Origin: Nitrospirae bacterium JdFR-81
GTDB taxonomy: Bacteria; Nitrospirota; Thermodesulfovibrionia; UBA6902
DNA length: 64,000 bases
Reading direction: 5' to 3'
Assembly: GCA_002011735.1 (NCBI GenBank)
Contig: MTOQ01000057.1
Coordinates: 1,897 to 65,896 of the forward strand
In this document: positions 1-9,827 of the stretch, piece after piece
Layout of the letters: each line of letters begins with the position of its first letter
Numbering within the stretch: the first letter of the stretch is position 1
The notes under the pieces: generated by a model
Told to the model about the DNA's origin: nothing
Databases searched by the model: none
Seen by the model: the letters and a program-made list of their open reading frames with translations, nothing else
Made by a program: the position numbers and the translations under genes

Positions 1-326
1 ATATCAGGAGGATAGAGACCCTCAAGGATGGACAGGAATCCACTGGAAGCAGGGTGAGGGTGAAGGTGGTAAAGAACAAGGTGGCGCCACCATTCAAGCA
101 GGCAGAGTTCGATATATACTTTAATGAGGGTATATCGAGGATAGGGGAGCTCGTGGACCTTGGTGTTAATAAGGGTGTCATCGAGAAGTCAGGCGCGTGG
201 TATTCCTATAATGGGAATCGTATAGGCCAGGGCAGGGAGAACGTGAAACAGTATCTTCTGTCAAACCCTGAGGTGGCGCAGGAGATAGAGGCGAAGATAC
301 TGGAGGCATATAATTTCAAGAGATAG
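1..326 (+). CDS. recA: RecA recombinase, C-terminal part (5' end outside window; codon phase starts at nt 3)
   Basis: Translation ...[54 protein letters not shown]... is the conserved RecA C-terminal domain. Confidence 0.9.
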   Translation, partial: IRRIETLKDGQESTGSRVRVKVVKNKVAPPFKQAEFDIYFNEGISRIGELVDLGVNKGVIEKSGAWYSYNGNRIGQGRENVKQYLLSNPEVAQEIEAKILEAYNFKR

Positions 327-338
327 GGGGAATAGGGG

Positions 339-1493
339 ATGCCAATCGATATAGATGCCCTCCTTAAAAAGGCAGTGCAGCTGAATGCATCTGACCTTAT
401 TATAAAGGCCGGTAATGTCCCCATATTGAGGATAGACGGGAAGCTCTCACCTGTGCAGGGAGAGAAGAAGCTGACAGGAGAGGACACCAAGAACATAGCG
501 ATGGCTGTGCTGAGCGAGAGGCAGATGGAGATATTCAAGCGAAAGAACGATATAGACGTCTCATACAGCATCCCTGGTCTTGGCAGGTTCAGATGTAACT
601 GCTTTGTCCAGAGGGGCACGGTCAGTATAGTCTTCAGGATCATCCCCGCAACACCCCTTGACATCGATCAGCTCAATCTCCCTCCCATAATAAAAAAGAT
701 CGCCCTTGAACCCCGTGGCCTTGTCCTTGTAACCGGTGCAACAGGAAGCGGTAAGACAACAACACTTGCAGCCATGATCAACCACATAAACATGCACAGG
801 ACAGACCACATAGTCACGATAGAAGACCCCATCGAGTATCTGCACAGAGACCGAAGCAGTATTATAAATCAGCGGGAGGTAGGCTCTGATACAGAGTCCT
901 TCGGTATTGCCCTGAGGGCAGCACTGAGACAGAATCCTGATGTCATACTTGTTGGTGAGATGAGGGATTTTGAGACTATCCAGACGGCCCTCCTTGCAGC
1001 AGAGACAGGCCACCTTGTCTTCAGCACCCTCCACACGGTTGATGCAACAGAGACCATAAACAGGATCATCACGGTCTTCCCCCCCTATCAGCAGAACCAG
1101 ATAAGGAGGCAGTTGGCCTCTGTCTTAAGGGCCATAATCTCGATGAGACTCCTGCCAAGGGCGGATGGACAGGGCAGGGTGCCGGCGGTTGAGGTGCTCA
1201 TAGCAACAGAGACCATAAGGGCGTGTATTGATGACCCTGCAAAGACAAAGGACATCCCCATCATAATAGAGAACAGCCACACACAGTATGGTATGCAGAC
1301 ATTTGACCAGTCCCTCATGGATCTCTATAAGGCAGGCCTCATAACCTATGAGGACGCCCTGCGGAGGGCATCAAAGCCTGATGACTTTGCCCTCAAGGTG
1401 AAGGGTATCCAGACACTAAAGGACACATGGGAGTCTGATGAGGCTGTCTCAGGGAAGGAGAAGGGCCCGGAGATCGAGAGGTTCTCCTCCTGA
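339..1493 (+). CDS. pilT: Type IV pilus retraction (twitching motility) ATPase PilT
   Basis: Walker A GATGSGKTTT. PilT-type motifs: IVTIEDPIEY, ILVGEMRD, GHLVFSTLHT and C-terminal GMQTFDQSL. Confidence 0.85.
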   Translation: MPIDIDALLKKAVQLNASDLIIKAGNVPILRIDGKLSPVQGEKKLTGEDTKNIAMAVLSERQMEIFKRKNDIDVSYSIPGLGRFRCNCFVQRGTVSIVFRIIPATPLDIDQLNLPPIIKKIALEPRGLVLVTGATGSGKTTTLAAMINHINMHRTDHIVTIEDPIEYLHRDRSSIINQREVGSDTESFGIALRAALRQNPDVILVGEMRDFETIQTALLAAETGHLVFSTLHTVDATETINRIITVFPPYQQNQIRRQLASVLRAIISMRLLPRADGQGRVPAVEVLIATETIRACIDDPAKTKDIPIIIENSHTQYGMQTFDQSLMDLYKAGLITYEDALRRASKPDDFALKVKGIQTLKDTWESDEAVSGKEKGPEIERFSS

Positions 1494-1935
1494 GGCTCGA
1501 AGCTATGCACTAAAGCTCCTGTATTACCGGCCAAGAAGCCTGAAGGAGATGAGGTGGCGGCTCGTCCGAAGGGGCTATGACGAAGAGGAGATAGACAAGA
1601 CACTGGACCTTCTCCAGGAGAGCGGTCTGATAGAAGACAGATCCCTTGCTGAGGGCCTTGTTAGAGATGCGATAGAACGGAGACTGCTTGGCAGGAAGGG
1701 TATAGAGGCATTCCTCCGTCACCGCGGTATAGACAGGGACCTCATTGATGAGGTGCTCTCCCACCATTCTGATGATATAGAGTTAGAGACCGCAAAGAGA
1801 CTCATCGAAAAAAGACTCAGGACACTCCAGGGTCAGTCAAGGGAGGTTATGAAGAGGAGGTTAAGGGGGATGCTGACTCGCAGGGGTATTGCAGGAGATG
1901 TAATCGAGAGGGCACTGAGCGAGGCAGGACTCTGA
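1438..1935 (+). CDS. recX: RecA regulator RecX
   Basis: The YALKLLYYRPRSLKEMRWRLVRRGY...IDKTLDLLQESGLIEDRSLAEGLV helical-repeat pattern is typical of RecX. The only in-frame ATG upstream of the conserved YALKLL motif is 1438, which overlaps the pilT 3' end by 56 nt. Confidence 0.8.
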   Translation: MRLSQGRRRARRSRGSPPEARSYALKLLYYRPRSLKEMRWRLVRRGYDEEEIDKTLDLLQESGLIEDRSLAEGLVRDAIERRLLGRKGIEAFLRHRGIDRDLIDEVLSHHSDDIELETAKRLIEKRLRTLQGQSREVMKRRLRGMLTRRGIAGDVIERALSEAGL

Positions 1936-1991
1936 GACCTAACCCCTCAAGTTTTTTTGCAATATTTATTACTCTGTGTATATAATTTCAT

Positions 1992-2618
1992 ATGGAGGAG
2001 ACCCGTTACTGCCTGTGTTGCGGTGAGAATGTGGAGTTCAATCGCATTGAACGTGACGGTCGCCTGGAGTATACCTGTATATACTGCGGCTTCCCCCTCT
2101 CCATGGAAGAGACACCACTGACAGCAGGGATCGAGACAGGTGAGAAGACCGCACCATCAGCGGCACCGGAGATGGAGGCAGAGAAGGTTGGCGAAAGCTA
2201 TATACTGATTGCAGAGGATTCAAAGTATACAAGGAAGATAATCCAGGATCTATTGATCGAGAAGAGGTTTGCGGACCAGGTCCTCGCCTTTGAGAATGGG
2301 CTCGAACTCACAACCGCCTACTCAAGGCTGATATCAGAGGGTAAAAGTGTAGAGGTCGTGATACTGGATATAAATATGCCTGTGATGGATGGCCTGACGG
2401 CTGCAAAGACCCTGAGGAGTATAGAATCACAGAAGAGGATACCCCATGTCCCTATAGCCTTCTTCTCGGCTGTCAAGGCCGATGAAAACCTGAGGACACA
2501 GATGGAGATCCTGGCCCCTGCGAATTATCTCAATAAGGGTTCTGACCCTGACCCTGATAGACTGGCAGAGAGGGTTGAAAAACTCATATCATATTTTTTA
2601 CAGATAAGACAGCAATAA
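1992..2618 (+). CDS. Stand-alone response-regulator receiver with N-terminal CxxC...CxxC zinc ribbon
   Basis: N-terminus is CLCCGENVEF...YTCIYCGF. C-terminal CheY-like REC domain (ILIAEDSKYTRKII...VVILDINMPVMDGLT...). No output domain. Confidence 0.7.
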   Translation: MEETRYCLCCGENVEFNRIERDGRLEYTCIYCGFPLSMEETPLTAGIETGEKTAPSAAPEMEAEKVGESYILIAEDSKYTRKIIQDLLIEKRFADQVLAFENGLELTTAYSRLISEGKSVEVVILDINMPVMDGLTAAKTLRSIESQKRIPHVPIAFFSAVKADENLRTQMEILAPANYLNKGSDPDPDRLAERVEKLISYFLQIRQQ

Positions 2619-2624
2619 CGGGTT

Positions 2625-5249
2625 ATGAAGAGCAGAGAGATAAGGCGATTGTTCGTTGAGTTCTTCAAGGAGAAGGGCCACGAGGCCATAAAGAGCTCCT
2701 CCCTTATCCCGATGAGTGACCCGTCCCTCCTCTTCACCAATGCAGGTATGGTGCAGTTCAAATCGGTCTTCCTTGGTGAGGAGACGAGGCCGTATAAGAG
2801 GGCCGTGACCGTCCAGAAGTGCCTCAGGGCAGGTGGTAAACACAATGACCTTGAGAGCGTGGGAAAGACGGCAAGGCACCATACATTCTTTGAGATGCTC
2901 GGTAACTTCTCCTTTGGTGACTATTTCAAGCGCGAGGCCATAAGATGGGCATGGGAATTCCTCACTGAATGGATGAGGCTGCCGGCAGACAGGCTCCTTG
3001 TAACGGTCTATACCGAGGATGATGAGGCGGCCTCTATCTGGGTTAAAGAGATCGGTATAGCAGAGGAGAGGATCTTCAGGCTCGGCGAGAAGGATAACTT
3101 CTGGCAGATGGGTGATACAGGGCCATGCGGGCCATGCTCTGAGATACTGATAGATCAGGGGCCTGATATGAGCTGTGGAAGGCCTGACTGCACGGTAGGC
3201 TGTGACTGTGACCGGTATCTTGAGGTGTGGAACCTGGTATTTATGCAGTATAACAGGGATGCCTCGGGCAGACTCACACCACTGCCAAAACCGAGCATTG
3301 ACACAGGCATGGGCCTTGAGAGGCTCTCCGCAATACTGCAGGGAAAGAAGAACAACTTCGACTCAGACCTCTTCAGCCCCATTATACGCCAGTTAGAGGA
3401 GATATCAGGAAGGTCCTACGGTTCGGACAGGGAGATTGATACCTCTATACGTGTAATAGCCGACCACATAAGGGCTATCGCCTTTGTCCTCTCAGAGGGG
3501 CTCATCCCCTCCAATGAGGGGAGGGGCTATGTGCTAAGGAGGATTATAAGGAGGGCGGCAAGGCATGGGCTCATGCTCGGCATAGAGGGGCCCTTTCTGT
3601 ACAGGCTCCTTGATTCCGTGATCGAGACCATGTCAGAGCCATACCCTGAACTCCTTGATGAGCCTGAAAGGTCAAGGAAGATCCTGATGTTCGAGGAGGA
3701 GCGTTTTGCCCACACACTCACCGCAGGGATGGGGATCCTTGACAGGTTGATTGCAGAACTGAAGTCATCAGGCGAAGGGGTCATCCCCGGGAGAGAACTC
3801 TTCAGACTCTATGACACCTACGGCTTCCCACTCGACCTTGCAAGGGATATAGCTATGGACAATGGCCTCTCCATAGACGAGGAGGGGTTCAGGGATGAGA
3901 TGGAACGCCAGAGGGAAAGGGCAAGGGCCTCGTGGATAGCAGAGGAGAAGGGCTCGGATGTCTACAGGGATATCCTCGGCAAGACAGGGCCTACGGCCTT
4001 CGTTGGGTATGAGAGCCTCCATGAGGATTCCACGGTGGTCACCATCATAAAGGACGACAAGGAGGTGGATGGGGCAGGAGAGGGAGAGAGGGTAGAGATA
4101 ATCCTTGATAAGACACCCTTTTATGGGGAGGCAGGTGGGCAGGTGGGTGATACAGGTGTCCTGAGGACAGGGGATGTGAGGATAGAGGTCATCGATACAA
4201 GGAGATTCAATGACCTGATCATCCATGTATGTAATGTAAAGAGGGGAAGGGTGAGGTCAGGGATGTCTCTGAGGGCATCTGTTGATGAGGGGAGAAGAAG
4301 GGCCATAATGCGTAACCACACAGCCACACACCTACTGCATAAGGCACTACGGGAGGTGCTCGGTGATCATATAAAGCAGTCGGGGTCACTCGTTGCGCCT
4401 GAGAGACTACGGTTCGACTTTACCCACTTCCATGCGATGAGTGACAGGGAACTGATGGAGGTTGAGGATATGGTGAATGAGAAGATACTCCAGGACCTTC
4501 CGGTAAGCGTGACCATCATGACCCTTGAGGAGGCCCTTTCAAGTGGTGTGACCGCCCTGTTTGGTGAAAAGTATGGAGAGAGGGTAAGGGTCGTAAGGGC
4601 GGGGGACTTCAGTGCCGAGCTCTGTGGTGGCACCCATTGCCGTGCAACAGGCGAGATAGGGGTATTCAGGATCATCTCTGAAGGGAGTGTCGCAGCAGGT
4701 CTGAGGAGGATAGAAGCGCTCACAGGCCTTGGTGCCATTGAGTACATGAGGAGGAAGGAGATGGAGCTCAGAAGGGCTGCGGCACTGATGAAGGTGGATG
4801 AGTTCAGCCTCTCAGAGAAGGTCGAAAAACTCATAAACGAGGCCCGTCTTAAGGATAGGGAGATCGAGAGGCTCAGGAGCAGCTCGGCCACAAGGGACAT
4901 AAATACCATTCTAAGGGACATCAAACAGGTGGATAATGTGAAGGTGCTTGCAAGAAGGATCGATGGCCTTGATATGAAGGCCCTCCGCCTCCTTGCCGAC
5001 AACCTGAAGGAGAGGATCACCTCTGGTATAATAGTGCTCGGCTCGGTGCTTGACAGCCAGGTCTATTATGTTGCTGCTGTCACAAAGGATCTGACAGAAA
5101 GATTCAATGCAGCGGATATACTCAGGACCGTAACAGGGGGTAAGGGTGGAGGAAGACCGGATATGGCCCAGGGTGGATCAAAGGATGTAGGAGGTATTGA
5201 TAAGGCGATTGGATCTGTCCTTGATATAGTGAAGAAAAAGACAGGGTAG
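2625..5249 (+). CDS. alaS: Alanine--tRNA ligase
   Basis: 874 aa. Class II AlaRS motifs (FTNAGMVQFK, HHTFFEMLGNFSFGDYFK), editing-domain HTATHLL, C-terminal DHHA1 GGGRPDMAQGG. Confidence 0.95.
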   Translation: MKSREIRRLFVEFFKEKGHEAIKSSSLIPMSDPSLLFTNAGMVQFKSVFLGEETRPYKRAVTVQKCLRAGGKHNDLESVGKTARHHTFFEMLGNFSFGDYFKREAIRWAWEFLTEWMRLPADRLLVTVYTEDDEAASIWVKEIGIAEERIFRLGEKDNFWQMGDTGPCGPCSEILIDQGPDMSCGRPDCTVGCDCDRYLEVWNLVFMQYNRDASGRLTPLPKPSIDTGMGLERLSAILQGKKNNFDSDLFSPIIRQLEEISGRSYGSDREIDTSIRVIADHIRAIAFVLSEGLIPSNEGRGYVLRRIIRRAARHGLMLGIEGPFLYRLLDSVIETMSEPYPELLDEPERSRKILMFEEERFAHTLTAGMGILDRLIAELKSSGEGVIPGRELFRLYDTYGFPLDLARDIAMDNGLSIDEEGFRDEMERQRERARASWIAEEKGSDVYRDILGKTGPTAFVGYESLHEDSTVVTIIKDDKEVDGAGEGERVEIILDKTPFYGEAGGQVGDTGVLRTGDVRIEVIDTRRFNDLIIHVCNVKRGRVRSGMSLRASVDEGRRRAIMRNHTATHLLHKALREVLGDHIKQSGSLVAPERLRFDFTHFHAMSDRELMEVEDMVNEKILQDLPVSVTIMTLEEALSSGVTALFGEKYGERVRVVRAGDFSAELCGGTHCRATGEIGVFRIISEGSVAAGLRRIEALTGLGAIEYMRRKEMELRRAAALMKVDEFSLSEKVEKLINEARLKDREIERLRSSSATRDINTILRDIKQVDNVKVLARRIDGLDMKALRLLADNLKERITSGIIVLGSVLDSQVYYVAAVTKDLTERFNAADILRTVTGGKGGGRPDMAQGGSKDVGGIDKAIGSVLDIVKKKTG

Positions 5250-5282
5250 TTAATAATTTAATAAATAATAAAGGAGGCTGAC

Positions 5283-5609
5283 ATGTCTCTCTTTGACATC
5301 GTCCAGAAGGCCCTGCTTGCAGGACTTGGTATGCAGGAGAAGGTCAGGGAGTTTATTGATGAGCTCGTAAAGAAGGGGGAGCTGAGTGAGTCCCAGGGCG
5401 CCAGGCTCATCAAGGAGTGGACCGAGAAGGCAGGAAGCACAAAGGAGGAGTTTGACAAGAGCATAAAGGAGCTCATAAACAAGGCCATCGAGAAGGTGAA
5501 CTTCCCTTCAAGGAAGGAGATGGACGAACTGAATGAGAGGCTTGAGGCCCTGACAAAGAGGGTGAAGAGGCTTGAGGAGTCCACTGGAAGGGAAAAGGCC
5601 GATAATTAA
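5283..5609 (+). CDS. Phasin-like / PHA-synthesis-regulator-like coiled-coil protein (COG3937-like)
   Basis: 108-aa charged helical protein. The pattern FDIVQKALLAGLG...VREFIDELVKKGELS...PSRKEMDELNERLEAL resembles the phasin family. Sits directly upstream of ubiB. Confidence 0.5.
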   Translation: MSLFDIVQKALLAGLGMQEKVREFIDELVKKGELSESQGARLIKEWTEKAGSTKEEFDKSIKELINKAIEKVNFPSRKEMDELNERLEALTKRVKRLEESTGREKADN

Positions 5610-5614
5610 TCAAG

Positions 5615-7321
5615 ATGCCCCTATCAGGATTTCTGAGATTTTACCAGACATACAGGAACTTAGACAGGATCAGACAGATAGTAAATGTCCTCCTCAAACA
5701 CGGCTTTGGACAGTTTGTTGAACAGATAAACCTCCACAGATTCATCCCCCTCAGAAAGAGGATCAGGGCGTTCGGTAAGTGGCCCACGATCGAGAGGCAC
5801 ACCATACCCGAGAGGCTGAGGATGGCCTTCGGTGAGCTTGGCCCATCCTTTATAAAGCTTGCACAGCTCCTCTCTTCAAGGCCTGACCTCATCACCCCTG
5901 CCTATGCCAATGAGTTCAAGAAGTTACAGGACAAGGTTCCCCCCTTCCCCGCCGAGATCGCAAAGAAGACCGTAGAGTCAGAGCTCGGGATAAGGCTTGA
6001 GGATGTGTTCAGCGAGTTCGATGAGACCCCTGTTGCCGCTGCCTCTATTGCACAGGTCCACAACGCCACCCTCAGGGATGGGACAAAGGTGATAGTGAAG
6101 ATACAGAGGCCGGATATAAGGGAGACCATCGAGACAGACATATCCATACTGAATACAATAGCAAGGTTGATGGTAAGGTATATCCCTGAAAGCAGACTCT
6201 TCAATCCTGAAGGGATTGTTGAGGAGTTCTCAAAGACCGTCAGGAAGGAGCTTGATTTTATTGTGGAGTCCAAGAACGCACAGAGGTTCAAAAAAAACTT
6301 TGCTGATTATAAGGGTGTGTGCATCCCCACGGTTTATCCTGAGCTGACGACCGAGAAGGTGATCGTGATGGAGAGGTTTGAGGGTGTAAGGATTGATGAC
6401 ATCAAAGGGATCGAGGCCATGGGCGTGGACAGGAAGGAGCTTGCCAGGAGGGGGGTTGATATCTATTTCAAGATGATATTCGAGGATGGATTCTTCCATG
6501 CAGACCCACACCCTGGAAACATCTTCGTCCTCCCTGATGGGAGGATCGGCCTCATGGACTTTGGCATAGTCGGCTGGGTCACACCTGATATGATGGAGAA
6601 GATGGCAAATGCGTTCCTTGCCATTATAAGAAGAGACTTCGATCTACTTATAAATCAGTATATCGAACTCGGGATCGTCTCGGATAAGGTGGATATAGAG
6701 ACATTCAGGAGGGAGTTCAAGGCAGACCTTATTGAACTGCTCCAGCCCCTTTACGACCTCACCATCTCCGAGATAAACTTCGCCAACTACATCGAGACAC
6801 TTACACACCTCATGGTCAGACACAACCTCACCATACCCTCTGACCTGCTGCTCATGAACAAGACCATGCTGATACTTGACAATATAGGAAGACAGCTTGA
6901 CCCTGACTTCAATTTTATGCTGATCGCTGAGCCATATGCCTCGAGGCTTGTAAGGAGGAGGCTCAGCCCCCACAGGCTGTTAGAGAAGGCGCGGGACAAT
7001 CTTGCCGAGGCCATTGAGCTCGCTCAGACCACACCAAGACAGCTTAACATCTTCCTGAAGAGGGCGCTGAAGGAGGAGTTAAACTTTAATGTAAACCTCA
7101 TCGGTATGCAACGGCTGATAAAGGATATTGACCGTTCAAGCAACCGCCTCGCCTTCAGTGTCATAGTCGCTGCGATCATCATAGGCTCGACGATGCTCAT
7201 ACAGTCAGGCCCTGAGGGTGAGGCATTCGGCCTGCCAACCATAGGTATCGTGGGCTTCTTCGTTGCCTTTGTGCTCGGTATATGGCTCCTGATCTCTATA
7301 ATAAGATCAGGAAGGCTGTGA
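5615..7321 (+). CDS. ubiB: ABC1/UbiB-family atypical kinase
   Basis: ELGPSFIKLAQLLSSRPDL, AAASIAQVH, FFHADPHPGNIF, two C-terminal TM helices. Confidence 0.8.
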   Translation: MPLSGFLRFYQTYRNLDRIRQIVNVLLKHGFGQFVEQINLHRFIPLRKRIRAFGKWPTIERHTIPERLRMAFGELGPSFIKLAQLLSSRPDLITPAYANEFKKLQDKVPPFPAEIAKKTVESELGIRLEDVFSEFDETPVAAASIAQVHNATLRDGTKVIVKIQRPDIRETIETDISILNTIARLMVRYIPESRLFNPEGIVEEFSKTVRKELDFIVESKNAQRFKKNFADYKGVCIPTVYPELTTEKVIVMERFEGVRIDDIKGIEAMGVDRKELARRGVDIYFKMIFEDGFFHADPHPGNIFVLPDGRIGLMDFGIVGWVTPDMMEKMANAFLAIIRRDFDLLINQYIELGIVSDKVDIETFRREFKADLIELLQPLYDLTISEINFANYIETLTHLMVRHNLTIPSDLLLMNKTMLILDNIGRQLDPDFNFMLIAEPYASRLVRRRLSPHRLLEKARDNLAEAIELAQTTPRQLNIFLKRALKEELNFNVNLIGMQRLIKDIDRSSNRLAFSVIVAAIIIGSTMLIQSGPEGEAFGLPTIGIVGFFVAFVLGIWLLISIIRSGRL

Positions 7322-7327
7322 GCCCGA

Positions 7328-7798
7328 TTGCTCATCATACATTATATGGAGGTGATGCCCATGACGATCGATGAGCTTAAGAGATACTGTGATGAGGAAT
7401 TTGGGAACATCGATAGGGTCAGGGGCGAACTCTCCATCCTCTATAACCCTGAGAGGGCAGAATACACACTGCCTGAGAGGGCGGCTATGGCCTCATTCAT
7501 TATGAACATATATACAGGGATAGAGAATATCCTGAAGCAGATGCTCATATACGACAGGCTCGATGTGGGTGATGCCCCTGACTGGCATGAGAAGGTCCTC
7601 AAGAAGGCAGGCGAGATCGGCATACTGCCACCCGACCTGTTCCAGATACTGACGAGGTATCTATCCTTCAGGAACTACTTTATCTATAATTACATCTTTA
7701 ATATAAAATGGGAGGATATGAAGGTGCTGATAGATGCGATAGAGGATGTGATCAAGAGGTTCAGGTCAGAGGTGGATGAATACATACAGATGATTTAG
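7328..7798 (+). CDS. HepT-like (DUF86/HEPN superfamily) protein with degenerate R-x4-Y motif. True start probably ATG 7355 or 7361, after GGAGG at 7349.
   Basis: The C-terminal segment LSFRNYFIYNYIFNIKWEDM aligns by eye to the DUF86 motif RN-x3-H-x-Y, with Tyr in place of the catalytic His. Confidence 0.45.
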   Translation: MLIIHYMEVMPMTIDELKRYCDEEFGNIDRVRGELSILYNPERAEYTLPERAAMASFIMNIYTGIENILKQMLIYDRLDVGDAPDWHEKVLKKAGEIGILPPDLFQILTRYLSFRNYFIYNYIFNIKWEDMKVLIDAIEDVIKRFRSEVDEYIQMI

Positions 7799-7801
7799 AG
7801 G

Positions 7802-8356
7802 CTATCTGGCGGATGTCAGGGCTGATACAGTGAGGTACACGGTCAGTGCACCGGTGGGCCTCCTGTAGTTCCTCACCCTCACATCAAGGCTCTTCACAAC
7901 GAGATAGGGTGTGTGGGTCTCGATGGCATAGAGTATCTCCCTGAGTGTATCTGTATCAGGGAGCATACCGTTTATGGTGGCACTCACTACCCTGAACCCT
8001 CCCAGATCCTCTGTCTTCTCTATCCTTTCGCTGGATATGGTGCCACCATGTGCTGTAAACATCTCCTTTATGATATTCTGGAGTGTGGCGGCCGCAAGGG
8101 AGGCGGTCTGTGCCTCTATAAGCTTAGCCCTCTCCTCCTTCATCACCCTCCTGAGCTCCTCAAGCCTGGCCTCAATGGCAGGCCCCTCTGAGATAAGGGC
8201 GTTGTATCTCTTCAGCTTCTCCATGCTTATGGCCCTCTCCTCCCTGAGTGTGGATATCCTGTCCCTTATACCCTGAAACCCGTACTGATATATCACAAGT
8301 GCTGTCAGGAGGATGATGATGGGGATTGCATATATCAGTCTTCTATTCCTCTGCAT
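7802..8356 (-). CDS. GspM/PilO-like T2SS inner-membrane assembly protein
   Basis: One N-terminal TM helix followed by a coiled coil. Last gene of the gsp-like operon, overlapping the gspL-like gene by 14 nt. Confidence 0.5.
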   Translation of the reverse strand: MQRNRRLIYAIPIIILLTALVIYQYGFQGIRDRISTLREERAISMEKLKRYNALISEGPAIEARLEELRRVMKEERAKLIEAQTASLAAATLQNIIKEMFTAHGGTISSERIEKTEDLGGFRVVSATINGMLPDTDTLREILYAIETHTPYLVVKSLDVRVRNYRRPTGALTVYLTVSALTSAR

Positions 8357-9827
8357 CCTGCCTGTCTCCCTTCACTATCTGCATCCTTATCCTGAACCTG
8401 TCTGCCTTGAGGACCCTGTCCCTGACGGTAGGGGATGCAAACTCAACCTTTTCAAAGTATGGCGAGGCATCAAGCACGGGCAACAGCTCTGTGGCTGATG
8501 TGGCATAACCATTTATCTCGATGGCCCCATCCCTTATCCTCAGCCCTGTCAGCCAGGCATCCTCAGGAATAATGGACGTCAGCTCTTTGAGTATATCCAG
8601 TGTCAGCGGTCCGGACCCCTTGAACTCCTCGATGGTGGACACCTCTGTGGAGAGCCTCTCTGCCTCCTTCTTCATGAGCTCCACCTTCCTTACACCCTCC
8701 TGCCTCTGTGCTATCTGTTGGTTTATCGCCTCAAGCCACCTGCCCTCCACCTTCAAAGGCGCAAGCATATAGAGGATAAGGCTGATCAGGAATGCGAACA
8801 GGAGGATCGCCGTAAGGATATAGGATGGCCCCTGCTGCTCTACATGCCCCCTGCTGAATAGATTAAATGGCCTTGCGTCCTTCCACAGGGACTCGATGAG
8901 CCCTCCAATCGCTATATACCCCTCCTTATGTTCCAGTGCAAGGTCCTCCATCATCCTGATCCTCAGACCTGTGGAGGCCTCCAGGTGCTGCCTCAATCCC
9001 GCACCACCTGAAAGCACTATCTGTGGAGAGGGGTTTATTAACCGTGCCTTCTCCACAAGGGGGATGAGGTCACCTGATATCCTCCTGACCCTCTCCTCCT
9101 CGCTGCCGGTCAGCTCATTTGAACAGGCCTCATGCATCAGGCCATCAATAAACAGTCCACACTCGTATCCATCCCCATCCACCCTCAACAGTATGAACCC
9201 TCCTGTGCCTTCACCAGCGTATCTACACAGTGTGCCCATTGCAGGGAGGTCTATGGCCAGCCTATCAACAAGGAGGCCACCCTCCTTGAGAGCATCGATA
9301 TACGGCCTTATCCTCTCAGCCCTTACAGCGGTGAGCATGAGGCTGATCCTCTCAGACCCCTCCCTCAATACCATGAAGTCATACAGGGCATCCTCTGCCG
9401 TAAAAGGGGTGAGCCTGTCCATCTCATAGGAGATAGCCCCTGAGAGGTTCTCCCTGACAGAGGCAGGGAGTTCGACCACCCTTGTGATCACCCACCTCTT
9501 AGGGACAACAAGTATCACAGGGCCTGACAGGCCTGTCTCATTTAGAAATAGCCTAAGGAATGAGGCAACCTCACCAGGATGTGGATACCTGCTATCGTCT
9601 ATGGTATAAACCTTTATGGCCTTTATCCTGATCCTTGAAAGGCTCCTTCTGCCATATGCGAAGGTTACACGCCCCACCTCCAGGGAGACAGAGATAAACC
9701 CCTCGGGCAGGAGAGACTCATCTGCAAGGCTGAAGGTCAAGACCCTGTGCAATGACAGAAGTGTGGCCTTCAGCCTCTCTGTCGTATCCTCACTCAACCC
9801 CGTCAGACTCCTGTTCGCCTCCTCCAC
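8343..9827 (-). CDS. GspL-like protein (PilM-like cytoplasmic domain + TM + PilN-like periplasmic domain)
   Basis: 494 aa with a central TM helix (YILTAILLFAFLISLILYMLAP) followed by a coiled coil and a PilN-like tail. Position follows gspK. Confidence 0.55.
   Translation of the reverse strand: MEEANRSLTGLSEDTTERLKATLLSLHRVLTFSLADESLLPEGFISVSLEVGRVTFAYGRRSLSRIRIKAIKVYTIDDSRYPHPGEVASFLRLFLNETGLSGPVILVVPKRWVITRVVELPASVRENLSGAISYEMDRLTPFTAEDALYDFMVLREGSERISLMLTAVRAERIRPYIDALKEGGLLVDRLAIDLPAMGTLCRYAGEGTGGFILLRVDGDGYECGLFIDGLMHEACSNELTGSEEERVRRISGDLIPLVEKARLINPSPQIVLSGGAGLRQHLEASTGLRIRMMEDLALEHKEGYIAIGGLIESLWKDARPFNLFSRGHVEQQGPSYILTAILLFAFLISLILYMLAPLKVEGRWLEAINQQIAQRQEGVRKVELMKKEAERLSTEVSTIEEFKGSGPLTLDILKELTSIIPEDAWLTGLRIRDGAIEINGYATSATELLPVLDASPYFEKVEFASPTVRDRVLKADRFRIRMQIVKGDRQDAEE

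Noticed and set aside
4367-5020. 217-aa minus-strand ORF
   Set aside because: It is antisense within alaS and has a Ser/Leu-rich shadow translation.
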